Below, one piece after another: positions 61,625 through 64,000 of a stretch of 64,000 bases of DNA. Position numbers and translations under genes: made by a program. Source of the DNA: Lytechinus pictus (taxonomy: Eukaryota); assembly GCF_037042905.1 (NCBI RefSeq), contig NC_087252.1, positions 27,468,001 to 27,532,000 on the forward strand, read 5' to 3'. Position 1 is the stretch's first letter. Every line of letters begins with the position of its first letter. The notes under the pieces were generated by a model. It searched no databases, was not told the DNA's origin, and saw nothing but the letters and a program-made list of their open reading frames with translations.

Positions 61625-61868
61625 TACACAGGAAAAAATGTGGTGTTAACCGGTGTACATAGAGGACCACACCAGTTATTTTACGCTGGTGTTAAATTGA
61701 CAGTGTTAGTTTAGCACCTCTAGGTGTTATTACAACTCCTTTAATTGTTATATTTACACTCTTTGGTGTTATATTCAATCTCTAGGGTGTAATTTTAACG
61801 CCTCAGGGTGTAGTCCTCTATTAACACCAACTTGTGTCATTTTTAACACCACAGTTTTTACAGTGTAT
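61625..61868. mobile_element. Small CAC...GTG MITE flanked by TA; similar architecture at about 44948-45155
   Basis: tacacaggaaaaaatgtggtgttaa / ttaacaccacagtttttacagtgta; ggtgtta repeats. Confidence 0.65.
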
Positions 61869-64000
61869 ATATACATTTTCTTCCTTTCTGCTTCTTCATT
61901 AATCTTGTTACTGACTTTATTCCCCATTTTATTTATTATTATTAATCAATTAATCTATGAGTTCATATAGGCCTAATATGGAGTTATAAGACTATCCAAC
62001 TTCAACTCGAGTGTTGTGTTCGTAATAGGTCCATGGTTGGAGTGGGGAATAGAGCAATGCCAATATGTAGGACCATGGACCTACTAGGTCCATGCTAGGA
62101 CCTACATTGTACGACAACACACGTGAGAGACACTAGCGAACCTACTTTCAATGTTTTATCAATGGAAGTTGCCCCCAAAATTCAACACGGTCCAGAACAT
62201 TATCAAATCATGATTCTCACAATTTTCATTATCCTGTATTCGTTTTGAAGTTTGCAACAAAAAGAAGGAATTTGTTTAACATTGTATGTGACGACATTGG
62301 TTATTAACAGGACTTCAATTTGCATCTTGTAATTACATCATTTTTTTGTCTTAGATAAATATGATTTGCCATTCTCTAATTTGACCCCTTCACTCCATTC
62401 ACAGTTTATATGGATGTCTCCTATTATGATTGACAAGTTCCTCCTTATCGTGGTTTTTCTCAGGATTTCGGGTAAAATATATGACGTCATTACTGGTGTG
62501 ACTTACATGAGCAGCGAAGCGACTCGGGGACGAAAAGGAAACACTCAAATCTGTATCACTTCAGCCTTGTGCTTTGTTATGAATTTAGTGATTTCTAAAA
62601 AAGGAAGTATGCCACCTTTGGTTATTGCACTCTGCGTTTTGGAGCCCAGTATAATCCCACACTGTTAAAGGTCAAGTCCACCTCAGAAAGATGTTGATTT
62701 AAATTAATGGAGAAAAATCAGACAAGCATGATGCTAAAAATGTCATCAAAATCGGACGTAAAATAAGACAGTTATGACATTTTGAAGTTTCGCTTATTTT
62801 TCACAACATAGTTATATGCACAATATAGTCACATGCAAACGAGAGAATCGATGATGGCCCTCACTCACTATTTCTTTTGTTTTTTATTGTTTGAATTATA
62901 CATTATTTGCAATTTTTGCAGATTTGACAATTCTGGCTATAATGATACTGTATGGACCTTTATCGTATTTCTTATTCATCATCCTCCAGCTCATATTATG
63001 CAAGGGCACATCAGATTATTTTTTTAATTTGATTACCTGCTGTCTTATAGTACACAACTTTGATTTGTTAAAAAAAACGCGACTCGGTTTTGATACAAAC
63101 TTCGTTCCCTTGAAATAAAAATTATGATATTTAATTCATCGAAATCAATAGTAAGATACTTGCCAATAAAGCCCGGATTCAATTTAGTAAGTATACTGAT
63201 CCGGATGACTTGAAACATCTGTTTATTCAATCCGATGTCGTTTCCCTAAATCTAGGCGAATATCATTATCAAATTAATCCGGGCGAGAATTACCCATCTC
63301 TTTGTTCTCATCTAGACGTGCCTTTCCCCACTGTCACATACCGTCTGGCAATTCAAACTCGAGCCTGTCGCTGATCCCTGTACTTCTGGACTAGCATGGG
63401 CCCCGTCTTACAAAGAGTTACGATTGATCCAATCAATCGCAACTCTGGAAATCCATCAGTGTCACATCTTTTTCGACAGGAAATTTGCAAAATGTCACCA
63501 AATTGTCAAGAAATCAATGAATTTATGGATATACATTCATATCTAGAATTTTTTTTGGGAACAAACATGCATTTTATATGTTGACTTTGCTAGCTTTCCA
63601 TAGTTGCGATTGATCGGATCCATCGCAACTCTTTGTAAGACGTGCCCCCGGTCTTGCAAAGAGTTTTATTTGATCGCATAATTCAACCACAACTATGGAA
63701 GGCCCGACACCAACATCTAAAATGCATGTTTGTTCAAAATGTCTACATGATGAATCTGATACCCATACACCTACATGCATATCGTTGTAACAACTCGGTA
63801 TGCTTCCTCTTTGTTTAGTAAGGACATAGTTGAAGTTTCCTGCAGGAAAAAACACGACATTGATGGATTTCCATAGCTGATGTCGATTGAATCAATCACA
63901 TCTCTTTGCAAGACGGGGCCCTGGTCTACAACATTGATTATTGCATTTTGTTACATTATCACATGCGTCTGTAAATAGAAGGGAGAATAAGTGGCAAATT

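Overview
AT-rich, repeat-dense animal genomic DNA; an invertebrate deuterostome such as a sea urchin is my inference from the repeat style. The one clear host gene is MRE11 on the minus strand: nine coding exons from the ATG at 28076 down to 707, with GT-AG junctions and matching phases, continuing off the left edge of the window. Its 15-kb intron (6030-21143) holds a nearly intact tyrosine-recombinase (DIRS/Ngaro-type) retrotransposon (about 13170-18961) with unusual permuted complementary ends, a CACAGTG-terminated DNA transposon nested in a tandem Crypton-like element, and a pogo transposase relic. Two consecutive MRE11 exons have partial 'decoy' duplicates upstream of them. Just 5' of MRE11 is a young Ty3/Gypsy LTR element (31199-37883; identical 236-bp LTRs, ATAC TSD). 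It lacks RT/RNase H/integrase but keeps an intact Gag with an N-terminal ComEA-like helix-hairpin-helix and carries the C-terminal half of a TatD nuclease. The right half (38-64 kb) has no convincing host CDS: MITEs, SINEs, foldbacks, a decayed LINE and possible regulatory DNA. All family assignments come from reading motifs by eye; no database searches were run.
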